From: Rhynchobatus australiae
Lineage: Eukaryota
Length of the DNA stretch: 64,000 nucleotides
Reading direction: 5' to 3'
Assembly (NCBI GenBank): GCA_034780895.1
Contig: JAUZTB010003499.1
Location: forward strand, 1-64,000
Part shown: positions 13,664-26,400 of the stretch, in pieces
Position numbering within the stretch: the stretch's first letter is position 1
Layout: each line of letters begins with the position of its first letter
The notes under the pieces: generated by a model
The model's input: only the letters and a program-made list of their open reading frames with translations
Databases searched by the model: none
What the model was told of the DNA's origin: nothing
Translations under genes and position numbers: made by a program

Positions 13664-15460
13664 ATGAATTTAGGAATAACCACTTTGGATTCATCAAACC
13701 AAATAGTCGGTTCACTCACTATTGGTAAAGGCCTAGCAGCCGCGATTATTTTCGCTTTTGCGGGTTTATCCTTATTTTTAGTTTCCATCAAATTATTGTC
13801 AAGATCATTAAAAACATTATCAGGTCAAAAATTTCGCAAATTATTATTGTCTTTATCAGATCGACCTTTAATAGCACTAGGCACTGGAGTTCTTTTTACT
13901 ACTATCATTCAAAGTTCCGATGGTTCGGTAGCTTTAATTATTGGTCTTTTAGCAGCCGGTTTTATTTCTTTAAAAGGAGCTATCGCTTTTATTTTAGGCG
14001 CTAATATTGGCACTGCCACTACTTCCATTTTAGTTGCTTTTCAGAGTGCTTTTAAATTTAGTTTGTACTTTAACATTTTATTCATTATCGGCGCTTTTGG
14101 CTTCTTACTTTTTAATAAGCGCAAGCGGCGTGAATTATCGTTTGTCATTTTTACTTTAGGTGGCATTTTTGTCGGTTTAGCCTTACTCAGCGCCTCAGTT
14201 AAAGTGATTACTAAGCTCGATGCTTTTGCTAGCTTTTTTAGTAGCATTTCCCACAACATTTGGGGTTCTTTAGGACTTTCAGTTTTATTTACAGCCTTAT
14301 TTCAGTCTTCTTCGGCAACTGTTACTATTTATCAAACTTTGTATATTGCCAGTGTTCAGGCGGGTAATAACTTATTACCTTTAGCTACCGCCATTGCCTT
14401 AGTCTTTGGCGCTAATGTAGGAACTACTTTTACTGCTATTTTAGTAGCCCTTTTATCTAAATCAAAAGATGCTGGGCGCATTGCCTTAGTGTGATCGCTT
14501 TCTAATATCGTTATTACTTTATTATTTACGCCTTTAATTACTATTGTTTATGCACCTTTAATTGCTTATTTAGTGCCTATTTCTAATCCTGGCTTTCAGC
14601 TTTCAGTAGCGCATTTACTTTTTAATGCTTTATTAACTTTACTTTTTACCATTTTTATTCCTGAATTAGCCTCATTGTGTTATCGCTTAATTCCTCTGCG
14701 AGCTTCTGAAAAAGCTTCGATTTTAACTTTACCTAAAAGTTTTGCTTCCTTACCGATAGCTCTCGATGTGGCGCGCAAAAATACCGCCAAGATGGGTGAT
14801 TTAACGGTGCAAATGTTAGCTAAGTTCCAAACGTATATTCTGAATAATAAAAAGTACCGTGAAGAAGAGATGTTAGCCCAATTTAATACGATTAAGGACT
14901 TTCGCAAAAAACTGTATAAGTTTTCAATAGAGATTTCGCGTCAAGATCTAACTAAAGAATTAAGTAAGAAAAATTTAGCTTTTATTTTAACGCAACGTAA
15001 TTTTGAAGCTATTTCCGTTTCCATTCGTGAGCTTTTTGATCATTATGTAATTACTAAAAGAATCTTTAAGCGCCAGTTGCCCGAATACTATAAAAAATGA
15101 AAACAAGAAATTGCTGAAAACGTTAATAATACGATGCAACTAATTGCTGCCACTGTAATTTATGTTTTAAACCCAACAAAAGAAAAATATTTAATAATTA
15201 AAAACACGTATAAAAACACGATTAGTCAAAACGAAAAATTAATTGATAATTTTTATAATGAAACGACTTTAATAAACGCTAAGGAACATCTTTACGAAAC
15301 AGAATACATTAGCATTATCAAAATTTTAGAACGCATTAGTCAAAACGCTTTCCAAATTTCGGCTTATATCGGTAAAAGAGCGAGTGATAAATTTAATTTA
15401 GCAACTTTAAGCCGTTCCGATTTAGAAGAGACACAACTGCTTTCTTTAAACATTTTTTAA
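13664..15460 (+). CDS. Na/Pi cotransporter family protein with PhoU-like C-terminal region
   Basis: Duplicated QSS(D/S) and GAN(I/V)GT motifs, AHLLFN; helical tail ending LERISQNA. Confidence 0.9.
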
Positions 15461-15468
15461 GATAAATT

Positions 15469-15490
15469 AAGCTTTTTATCTAAAAAGCTT
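15469..15490 (+). terminator. Weak hairpin between Na/Pi gene and F1-like cluster
   Basis: aagcttttt-atct-aaaaagctt inverted repeat. Confidence 0.35.
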
Positions 15491-15531
15491 ACAATTAAAA
15501 ATAAATCAGCTTTTTTTGAGAAAGGAGTACT

Positions 15532-17070
15532 ATGAAAAAAGGCATCGTTTTTTTCCAAGACATTGACTTACAAGCTTTAACTTTTCCCAAGCGCACTTTG
15601 CAGCAAAACTGATTGAAATATTTAACTTTAGTAATTATTATCATTTTAGTTTCGCTTTCAGTTTTTACGATTAATGAAAATATCGCCTTAATTATTACTA
15701 ATACGCAAAAGCGCAGTGCTCCTTTAAGCCGTCAGCTTTTGCGCAATATTATAGTCAGTGGCATTCGCTCTGGCTATGCTTTAGTTAATGCTATCATTTT
15801 TTCTAGCTTAATTTCCTCTGCTTACAAGCGTAACTATCGCGAAAGAGAAAAGAATCACGTTTTTTTCTTTTTTTATTTTCTTTATCTTGGCGCTGCGGTA
15901 ATTATTTTTGCTTTAAATTATGGCCTTTTGCCTTCAGAAAAGGCTTTAGATGAGCTTTTAAATCAGCCTAGCAGTGCTACCTTTTTGCCTTTAGGCGAAG
16001 CCATTTATACGATTCAGTATTTAAAATACGTTTTCTTTGCCTTACTTTTTTTAGAGTGGCTTTATGAAATTTACCATTGGTATTTTAATCGTTATGTTAA
16101 TCCTAAAGACCTTAAATACAGTTATGCCAAAGTCATAGCTTTTAGCTTTTTAGTCGTTTATGCTTTAGTATTAATGATTCTTTTGCCGCCTGATTTTCAG
16201 TCTTTAAAATTACTTTTAGAAAAAATTGTGCTCTGATTTAGTAATCAAAGCGGTCTTTTTGAGCTTAACAGTAACTTTATTAGCAAAATGTTTTTAGTTA
16301 CCGTAATCATTTTATTATTAGCTACACCGCTTTTATTTTTTTTCTCACAAGCTAATACGCAAGCTAAATTTTTAAAAACTAAGTCCATTTATTTTTCTTT
16401 TACGATTGCTTATTATGTGGTTAGTATTATTAGCGGACTCATTTCTTTACGCTTATTAATCGCTAGTAATATTAGTTTAAGAAATTATGGCTTTTTACTA
16501 ACTACTTTTTTTATTAGTGTTTCCTTTTTTTTGTTCATCATTTTTAACCAAACGATTTTAAAAACTTCACTTTTTTTGTACGTCGCGGCTACTTTTGCGC
16601 TTCTTTTTAATGCTATTCTCTTTATCGCTTTTAACTTTGGCACTTCCGGACTTTTAAACATTGACTCCACCATTAATTTATTATTAATGGCGCTTAGTAA
16701 CTTACCGATTTTACTTTTTTTAATGGTTAATGGGCGTTCTTTACCGGCCCAAAAAAGATGGGTCAAAAGTTATCATTTTTTTCTGGGCTCTTATTTATCA
16801 TTAGTTTCCTTAGCCCTTTTTAGTTCTATTTATGTGAGCCGTTTAGATTTAGGAACGCAAAAGTTGCTTAACACTTTAGTCGCCAATATTGGTATTTGAT
16901 TGTTTTTATACTTACTCATTTTGCTTTTTATTATGATTGCTTTTTTAGTCATTTTTTGAAAGTTATTACGAGTAGTTTCTTGATCAATAAACCCTTTAGT
17001 CGATCAAAAGCAACTTTTTAAAAAGAGCCCTAAAAGTGTCTGGGCCCAAAAATTGCCACCTAGTTTCTAA
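15532..17070 (+). CDS. F1-like ATPase-associated polytopic membrane protein (MSC_0624-like)
   Basis: AAGGAG RBS, 512 aa, highly hydrophobic; first position of the seven-gene cluster. Confidence 0.75.
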
Positions 17071-17125
17071 TTTTTTGCTTAAAATAGATTAAGATAAAAA
17101 ATCATAAATTAGAAACGAGGAGCTA

Positions 17126-17659
17126 GTGCAATGAATTTTGAAGCTTTTTAAAAAGAGTTATGAAGAAAGACGTTTTAAAGAATTATTACTTTTAAACGAA
17201 ACAATTATTAATCAGTTTCAAAAACTCGTTTCTGATCCAGATAATTTAGTCGTTAATTTAAACAACTTTCGCACCGTTATTCACATTTATCACCATCTTG
17301 ATTTAGACGATCCTCTTTTTGATCAACTAATTGAAATTATTGCTAATAGTATTAAAACTAAAAAGCAACTTTATACGAGTAAATGGACACTGCTTTATCG
17401 TTATGAAAACAACTTAATTTTACCGACTATGCGTAGTGGCGCAAACTCTTTAGATGGCAACTTAGACGTTTTAGATTTAAGTAAGCACCAAAATAAAAAA
17501 ATTCGCGAAATTGCTAAGTCTTTATTTACGCTCATCGATTATTATTTAAACCAAGACAATTTTTATTTACTCTTTCCTTATGAGTTATTAATTTTTAAAC
17601 GTGATCAAGAACATCTAAACGTTTTGTTTGGGGAAGGCTATCTAAGTGCCTCAAGATAG
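17126..17659 (+). CDS. F1-like ATPase-associated protein (DUF2714/MSC_0623-like)
   Basis: GAGGAG then GTG; about 177 aa; second position in cluster; start could be 17138. Confidence 0.7.
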
Positions 17660-18476
17660 TAATTTAGATCGTAAATTAAAAAATTTCCACAACATTAAAA
17701 ATTTAGTTAATGTTTATTTCACACAAACTTTATCTGAGTATCAGCTTTTAAATTCCAAAATTAATAGTAATTTAGCCGAAGTTGCCAACTTACAAAAGCT
17801 CTATGATGCGCTCGATCAAAAATACCAAATTAAAAGTTTCTTTTTTGATAATTACCAAAAGCAAAAAAATAAAGATAAAACCAAAACGCTCATCATTTAT
17901 TTTGCCGAAAGCGCCCGCTTTTCGGCTTTAAGTTTTAAAGCGCTCGATGAAAAAATGTTAGCTACTTATAAAAATGGCGATTATTTAATTACTATTGGCG
18001 ATCATGCTTATCAGTTTTGTCAGCAAGAAGCTTTAAATGTCGCTAAAAACTATCCGCAACTGTCTTTAGGGCTAGCGCAAGAGTTAAAGCTTTATGCTTA
18101 TAAACTCTTTATTACTAATACCGTTGCCAAAGTAAAAGTAATTATGCTTTCTAATCGCTGAAGCGAAAATGAAGCTACCATTTTACCAGTTAGTGAATAC
18201 CAAGCGCGCCAAAAAGGGTTAAGTGTTGATTTAGCTAATTTATTAATTTATCCTTCTTTAAGTGAGTTTATTAATTATTTAAATCTCATCTTTTTAGATT
18301 TAGCTTTTAAAAACATTACCATCGAAGCGAGCTTTTTTAATCTAAAACAAAAAATAGCCCGCTTAAAGTCATTACTAGAAAATATTGAAGACAAAATTAG
18401 TGAAACCAAAAGCGCCATTTTAAAAGACAAAAGGCGCATTATGACTGAAGAGATTATCAGCACAACGCAAAATTAG
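17646..18476 (+). CDS. F1-like ATPase gamma-like subunit (MSC_0622-like)
   Basis: 276 aa; LITIG, IYPSL, coiled C-terminus ending KRRIMTEEII like gamma; third position. Confidence 0.75.
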
Positions 18477-18484
18477 GATCGTTT

Positions 18485-19057
18485 ATGAAACAAAAAAGCC
18501 TCAAAATGTGAAAGCTGATGCAGTTTTTAGCAACGGTTAAACCGTTTTCTTTTTTTATTCGTTTACCGCAAGCGCAAACAATTGTCTTTCAGCAAAGTAA
18601 GGAAACGCTAGGGCTAGGCAGAAAAGAGCAAAAGTTTTATTTAAGTTTTAAATTTACTACTAAGGAAAGCTCACAATTGATTTACCATGAGCCAGGCTTA
18701 ATTGCCCATCCTTATCTTTTTTTGTTTATTTCAAGTGCTCCTAATTTTAAAAACTACCAAATTTTTTATTTTGAAAATTTTTATGCGAGCTTTGCCCAAG
18801 GACAATTTACGGTTAAAAGTTTTGATTATTTTAAAGAACTTTTTGCTTATAAAGAAGCACTTGATGATGATTTTTATGCGCCTAAAGAAATCAAAGCTTT
18901 AAAGAAAAAATACCAAAAGCTGCTAAACTATTATCAAGATCGCGAACTAATAGGTCTTAGTGCTGATGAAGTTTTGGAATCTTATTATGCTAAGGCTAAT
19001 TATGAGCTCCACGCTTTTTGTAAGTTCAATAAATTAACTTACAAAATTGAAGACTAA
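18485..19057 (+). CDS. F1-like ATPase epsilon-like subunit (MSC_0621-like)
   Basis: 190 aa; beta-rich N-terminus, helical C-terminus (LIGLSADE); assigned mainly by position. Confidence 0.6.
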
Positions 19058-19139
19058 ATTGCATTTTATTGTATACTAAGCCTGAAAGTGGCAGTTTTAC
19101 AAAAAGGCTAATCACTTAAATTAAGAAATGAGGAAATAA

Positions 19140-22100
19140 ATGGCTCCTAAAAAGTTTTGAATAAAGCTAAGCTCTTTAAGTCTTTTTGCTTCCTTATTAA
19201 CTTTAATGACGAGTATATCGGCGCCAGCGAAAAATTTGAAAACGGTGAAAAAAAGTAGTTTTTTTGCACAAAGCGCTACTGTTAGTTCTTTAAAAGTAAC
19301 TTTAGACAATCAAATTGAGAGCCACTTTAATAGTATTGCCAGCGCTTTACAAAACAAATTAAGCACTTTACAAAACCAAATTAAAGACTCAATCAATAGT
19401 GATAGTAGCGACTCAGGCGGTTTTAAAACTTTTCAAATTCGCAGTTTTGGCCTTTTAAGCGCCTTAGTCACTATTTTTGATAATGGCCTTAATAATAATT
19501 TACGCTCCGAACTAAAAAAAGAGTTAAGCAATTTTTTAAATCAATATTTAGTTGAAAACCAATTAGCAGCCCAGCTTTATCAGCTTCCTGGAGTGAATCT
19601 AAATAGAGCCTTAGTTAACACTTTAGAAGTAGATCAAATTAACACTTCTATTTCTACTTTTTTAAATAATTACCAAAAACAAATTAAAGCTTTAAGTGAA
19701 ATTGATTTTCAGAACTTAGAAAAAAGCGATAATCCACCAAGCACGATCAGTGAAACTACTGAAGCGCAAAAAGTTAAAAACTTTTTTATCAATACCCAAT
19801 TTAATAAAAGTTTTGAAAATTTATTAAAAGATAAAACGCTTAAAGACAATCGCAACAATTTAGTGCGTGCTTTTTATTTATCTTTAGCTTTGGATGATTC
19901 TTTTAGCAGCACTTCTTCGCAAACGCTTTACCATCAAGACTCAGCTTTAACGAATCACATTCATCAAATTAATGATGATCTTTTTACAGTTTTAGCTCAC
20001 GCTAATTTTGATTCTCAAACTGTTTCCACCAGTAACCAATCTTTTGCGCTTTCTACTAAAGATAGTATTAAAACTAAAACTAATTTACAAAATCGTAACC
20101 AATTCATTTGGGATCTAAGCGATTTTAATTCAGTTTTTGAAAATGCTTTTAATAAACTTGAAGAAACTTATAAAAAAGATAAAGAATTTATCGAGAAAAA
20201 AAATAGTGATAATAGTTTTCAAAACATCATTCTCACAACTACTGATAATGCTCCCACTAAAGAAGGAGATGTTACTTTATTTGATAAGTTTTTTTATGGC
20301 GCTGATGATTTCCAAATTGAAATTAAAGAAGGAACTAATGCTCCTAAAATTTATCAAAACCTTGAGCTTGTTCCTCTTAGTAAAATTTTAAGTTATGATC
20401 CAGGCCATGAGCAAAGTTCTGAGGCTACAATAAAGGCGCAAATTGTTTACAATAACGCTTTAGTTGAGCAAGATTTTCGTTTTTTAAACACGAGCCAAAA
20501 TCTTATTTTTGATAGTTTGGATAACTCTATAGACGAAATCAAAAAGCGCCTGAGCGCTTTACAAAGTACTATTACTAAAGAAAATGCGGCTTATCTTTAT
20601 CAAAGTGAGCAAACTTTAGCTTTTTTAAAAAGTGCTAATTTAAGTCAAATTTTAACTTCTGAATTTTTAGCAAAATTAGCAATTGCGCCTAATTCACAAC
20701 TAGAAACGATGGCTGAGCAATTTGGGCTCAAAGCCGTTTCTCTTTCTTTAGCTCCCGATACAAATCTGGAAACGCCTAATACACAAAAATCTTTAATTGA
20801 TGCCTTAATTGCTCAAGATCAAGTTACTATTGCCTTTAAAGTAAGCCCCCAAAGTAAGCCTCGAGAAGAGTACATACTTTCTAATTTCTTTTTAAAAGTT
20901 CCTCTTAGTTCGTTTTTTGCTTCAAATGTTGATACTCTCTTTAGTGAACTAATTAATCAAGCTGAAGAATTAGTGCCGCGTGTTAACACTCAATTTTTTC
21001 CTTTAGATTTAGAACCGCAAGCTTTAGTTAACCGTTTTCAAAATAGTAGCGAAAGTGATAAAGCGCGCTTTTTTAATGTACTAAATAATGATCCAAAATT
21101 ACAATACACTTTTAAAACTTTAACTTTAGATCCAGAAAATAACTCTAAAGCCATTTTAAGGACCGAAATAACGTTATTAAATCATCCTCGATTTCATAAA
21201 ACTTATGAAACGAGCATTTCTTTAAAGACAGCTATTGATAGAGCCCAAGAGTTACAATTTAGTTTAAAAGATCAATTTCTAGAATTTAGTTTTGACAATT
21301 TAGCGACTTTTTTTCGTCTTAATAATGATTCCTTTAAAGTAATTGAAGCTGGTGAAATTAATCCGCTTACTCCTTTTATGATTAAAAATAGTTCTGAACT
21401 AGAGCTTGAAAACCTTAATTATACTATTAAGAGTTTAGAACTTGATACTCAAAACTTAGGTCTAGCTCATTTAAAAGTAACTATTAGTAGTGAGCAACTA
21501 GTAGATCTTAGTCGTGATTTTGATACTAAGGTTGCCATTCCCCAAGAAATCATTAACGCTTATAACAATTTGAGTTTAGACTTAAGAGTTAGTAAAGCCA
21601 TTTTTACTAATAAAGAAGTGATCACGAAGGCCGAGTTTTTAAGCGAATATCAAAAAAGACAAAATCTTCAAAACGAACTAGAAAGACAAGAAGCTCTCAA
21701 TTCGCTTTTAAGCATTGTGCGCTCTTCTTTAGATCCTAATCAGTTTAACTATTTAATAAAACGCTTTAATCATTTAGACGCTAGCGAAAGAGCAATTAGC
21801 GTTGATTATCAAATTTCTCCTAAAGATCCACTTTTATTAGAGCCGCGTTTTAATTTAAGTAGAACTTTTGCTAATTTAAGAATTCAAGGCCTTTTAGGCG
21901 CTTCTACTTTAGAGTCTTTAGTAGCGCAAGCGCCCGCTTTAAAATATGATCTTATTAGTGCTACCAAAAAAAATTATGCCCGTGATCCTATTTTAGAATT
22001 AACGACTAATTCTTTAGAAGGCGGCAAGATAACTGAAAAAGGGCTTAGTCACTTTCTAATGTTACAAACTAATCCTTATCCTAGTCGCTTAAAATACCAA

Positions 22101-23066
22101 ATAGTAAAAGCTCATAGAGGTAATGCTAATACCGAAATAGCTCTCGAAGTAGAAATTAGTGCCTTAGAAGATGAAGCCATCAAACGCACTTATATTGTTG
22201 CCATTAAAAATTTAAAACCTTTTGCTCTTAATGAGGCCGATCTTGAAGATCAAAACGATTTTGCGGAGTTAATAGATCGCCAAAAAGAGTTGCTCCAAGA
22301 TCCTGAAAACGATTTTGTCAAAAAACTTTTAATTGGTGGTGGCGCTGCTATTTTAGCGCAAAATGGCATCTTAGACAATATTACGGCTAATGCCCTTAAG
22401 GAAACGAAAGCGGCAACTAATATTAATTCCATGCATGAATATGAAAATTTGGACCCTGCAGCAAAAGCTGAATTTGATAAAATCTTGAATGATAATGTTA
22501 ATGCTTCCTTAATCAAAACTTTAGCTCATGCTGATTATGATAGTCAAGAACTTAATGATAATGTCGATCAGTTTAAAAACGATTTTATGAAGATTTTAGA
22601 AGCCGAAGGCATTGATACCGAAGCTGATGCCATTCAAGAAATTATTAAGCAAATTGAAGCTTCACCGCAAGAAATTGCCAAAACGCTAACAGACAACGAT
22701 CTTAGTTTAGAAGACATTAAAAACTTAACTAATGATAATTTAGAACTTTTAAAAACGGCAGCACAGAGCATTAAAAACGGTGAGCTTAACTTTTCCGAAC
22801 TAGCTAAAATCGCTAAATTATTACGTAATTTTGACATTAAAAGTTTTCGTAAAGTGACTAATAGCGTTTCCCAGTCTTTAATTTATGGCGGCATTTCCTT
22901 ACTTTCTTTAATTAGTTTAACTTCTTTAATTATCTTACTCAAGCGTAAAGCTTTTAAAAGCGGACGCATGAAAATTTCTAAAAGAACTTTATTGTCTTTA
23001 GCGAAGATCATTTTAGGCACTTCTTTAGCTGGTATTGTCTTATTAATTTTTCAACTCTTACAATAA
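19140..23066 (+). CDS. Large surface subunit of F1-like cluster (MSC_0620 position), 1308 aa
   Basis: GAGGA RBS, N-terminal signal-like segment, two C-terminal TM helices, directly before the alpha subunit. Confidence 0.75.
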
Positions 23067-23134
23067 AAAAAGCACGAAATTAATTTTCTGTTTTAAAATA
23101 AGACGTATACTTTAAAAGATTATGGAGACAAAAA

Positions 23135-24727
23135 GTGAGTAATATCGTCGTTGAATCAGTTAAAAATTATATCGTTAAAGTGCGCGGTCAGTACAATTAT
23201 CGTTTTGGTCAAATTTTTAGTATTAATCATCAGTCCTTAGCGATTTTAATTTCTGCTGATCATGAACAAGGCTATTTAATGGTCGATAGTTTAGTGCCCA
23301 GCATTAAAAGTGGCGATCCCGTTTTTGAAAGTAGCGAAACTTTTGAAACGCTCACGCGTCCTTCTTATTTTGGTAATATTATTAACATTCACGGTAAAGT
23401 AATTCACGGGCTCAAAACTAAACCTTTTTTTGAACGCTTGGAAACTAAGCCTAATTTAGAAAAGCCTTATCCTTATCGCGCTGCTATTTTTAATATCGCC
23501 CCGACAATGAAACAAAGGCTCAATTTAAATGAGCCTTTACTAACTGGCATCTTTACTATCGATTTGTTAATTCCTTTAGGTAAAGGGCAAAGACAATTAA
23601 TTTTAGGTAATCCTAAAACAGGAAAAACTTCAATTGCCCTTTCCACTATTTTGAACCAAAAAGATAACGAACTTAAAATTATTTACACTTGCATTGGCAC
23701 TAAAGCTTCTGATCTTAAAATTATTTACAATGTTTTAGCCGAAAAAGGCTTAATGTTTAAAACAATCATTGTTTATGCTCCTTCTAATAATATTTTTCAG
23801 CAGTATTTAGCCCCGTATGTAGCGATGGCCCATGCTGAAAATCTGGCCGCTTTAGGTCATGAAGTGTTAATCGTTTTTGATGATTTAAGCAATCATGCTA
23901 ATACGATTCGCGAAGCGGCGCTTTTAATTAATAAACCGGTCGGTAAAGAAGCTTTTCCGGGCGATCTTTTTTTTCAGCACTCTTCACTTTTAGAAAGAGC
24001 GGGTAAATTTAAAAACGGCAGCTCAATTACGGCTTTACCGATTATTCGCATTTTAAATGATGATGTCACTTCGCTTTTAGCGACTAATGTGATTTCTATT
24101 ACTGATGGGCAAATCGTTTTAAATTCGGATATTCAAGCTTCAGGCATTTACCCTGCTATTGATGTTAACTTAAGCGTTAGCCGCACGGGCTCAAAAGTGC
24201 AAAACCAAATTTTAAGAAGAATTTCTTCAAAAATGTACAAAATTTATACTTTATACAAACTAAACAACCGTTTTGATAGTTCTAATTATGATTTTTCCGA
24301 TGCCATAAGTGACATCATTAAAAAGGGGCGTTCCCTTTTTAATGTCTTAAAGCAAGACGAGTTTTTAATTTATCCAGCTAGCTTTATTCTCCTTTTATCT
24401 AACATTATCGAATGGCGCATTTTAGAAAAAAAAGGGGCTGAAGACGTTAAAAAACTAATCGTTTTTCTTCATTTTGTCACGACTAAAACTTTTATAGGGC
24501 GCATTGTTTTAAAAACTTTGTATGAAGAAGAGTCTTTAACGATTGGCGCTATTTTTAAAAGCTACATTCAACAACTCATTTACCAATTTGAAAAACGTTA
24601 TCAAAAGCTCGATTTTGCTTATGATTATAATTACAATCTTTTACTTACCGAAAGTGAATGAACTAATTATGAAAATTTTGTTTTGCAACAAGAAAAGGCA
24701 GGATCACTAAAATGAGTGGGAAAATAA
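23135..24727 (+). CDS. F1-like ATPase alpha subunit (type 3)
   Basis: PLGKGQRQLILGNPKTGKT, GKEAFPGDLF, ISITDGQI, LSVSRTGS. Confidence 0.93.
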
Positions 24728-26400
24728 TCAGAGTCACAAGTGATGTTATCGATATTTCTTTTGCGCCCGCTGAAATGCCCGAAATTGGTAATATTTTAAA
24801 AGTTCAAGAAACGCACAACTTAATGCAAGTAGAGCAAATTTTAGATAAAACCACGGTCCGTGCCGTTTTAATTTTAATTAGCACTAAAAACGTTTATGTT
24901 AACCAAAAGGTTATTAATACAAAGCGCAACTTATCGGTACCGATTGGTAGTGACACTAACGGGCTCGTTTTTAATATTGCTGGCGAAGTATTAAATAAAG
25001 AAGAAATTCCGCTTTTTAAAAATATTCCGCTCGTTTTGGAGCAAAGTGCGGAAAACGATTTTACTATTAAATACGAAATCATCGAAACCGGAATTAAAAT
25101 TATTGACTTTTTCTTACCTATTTTAAAAGGTTCTAAAATTGGTATTTTTGGTGGCGCTGGCGTAGGTAAAACAGTCATTATTAAAGAGTTAATTTTTAAT
25201 ATTACTAAGCAGCTGCGCAATTTAAAAACTTATTATGTTGGTACAGGCGAGCGCTCGCGCGAAGGTAAGGAGCTTTATGATGAGCTTGTGGAATCACAAC
25301 TAATTGATAATGTGACGATGTTTATTTCGCAAATGAATGAGCCTTCAGGGGCGCGCCAAAAAATTGTTCCTTTAGCTTTAACAGCGGCTGAATACAGCCG
25401 CGATACAGAAAAGCGAGACGTGCTTTTTTTTATTGATAATATTTATCGTTATGTGCAAGCTGGGGCTGAGCTTGCCTTTTCTTTAGGGCGTAAGCCTTCT
25501 GAAGCTGGCTATCAAGCTTCTTTAGCTTCTGAAATTTCTAGTGTCCAAGAACGCCTGCGCAGCTCGCAAAAAGCGTCCATTACTTCTTTTCAAACGATTT
25601 TCTTACCGATGGATGATATTAATGATCCTGCCGCGGTAACCATTTTTTCTCATCTTGACTCTTCTTTAGTACTTTCGCGCTCCATTGCTGGTGAAGGCTA
25701 CTTTCCAGCTATTGATCCTTTAGCTTCTTCGACTTCTAATGCCCAACAAAAAATTATTGGTAAGCGTCATTTTGATTTAATTTTAAAAACCAAAAGCATT
25801 TTACGTAAATTTAAAGAGCTTGAAGATATGATCTTAATTTTAGGCATGGATGAGCTTGATCCTGAAAATCAGTTAATCGTTAAAAAAGCGGTGCAACTAA
25901 AAGCTTACTTTACGCAAAATTTTCATATGGCCGAAGCTTTTACTAAACGCCAAGGCGTTTTTGTTAGTAAGGAAAAGAACTTATTAACGATTGAAAAAAT
26001 TATTAATGGTGAATTTTTAGATCTTTATGAAGAAGAGTTTTTTTTCATTAGCGATTATCGCGAATTGGAAGCTAAACAGCGCGCTCTTTTAACTTTGGAA
26101 GTGCAAAAGCAAAAAACTTTAGAAACTGAGCTCAAAAAGCTAGAAACGCAAAAAAAACGTCAAGGCTTTTGAAAAAGAGCGCTCAATACAGCCGAAATTA
26201 ATAGTTTTGACCCTTTTAGTGAAGATTCTTTAACGCCTACTAATAAGTGGCTTAATGATAAAAGTTGAGTAAAGCCAGAAACTAAAGAGCGAACTTCACT
26301 AAGTTCAAAAAAAGACAAAAAAGAAAATAAAGCGCTTAGCAAAAACTGAAAAAAAATCTTTAAAAAAGAAAGTAATAATGATGAAGCTTCCCAATCATAA
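24712..26400 (+). CDS. F1-like ATPase beta subunit (type 3) with C-terminal extension
   Basis: FGGAGVGKT, GERSREG, QMNEPSGAR, DNIYRYVQAG, LGMDELD; open to TAA at 26400. Confidence 0.93.

Noticed and set aside
23135-26400. Canonical F1F0 atpA/atpD
   Set aside because: No a/b/c/delta genes; alpha and beta are adjacent; gene order matches the type 3 F1-like cluster
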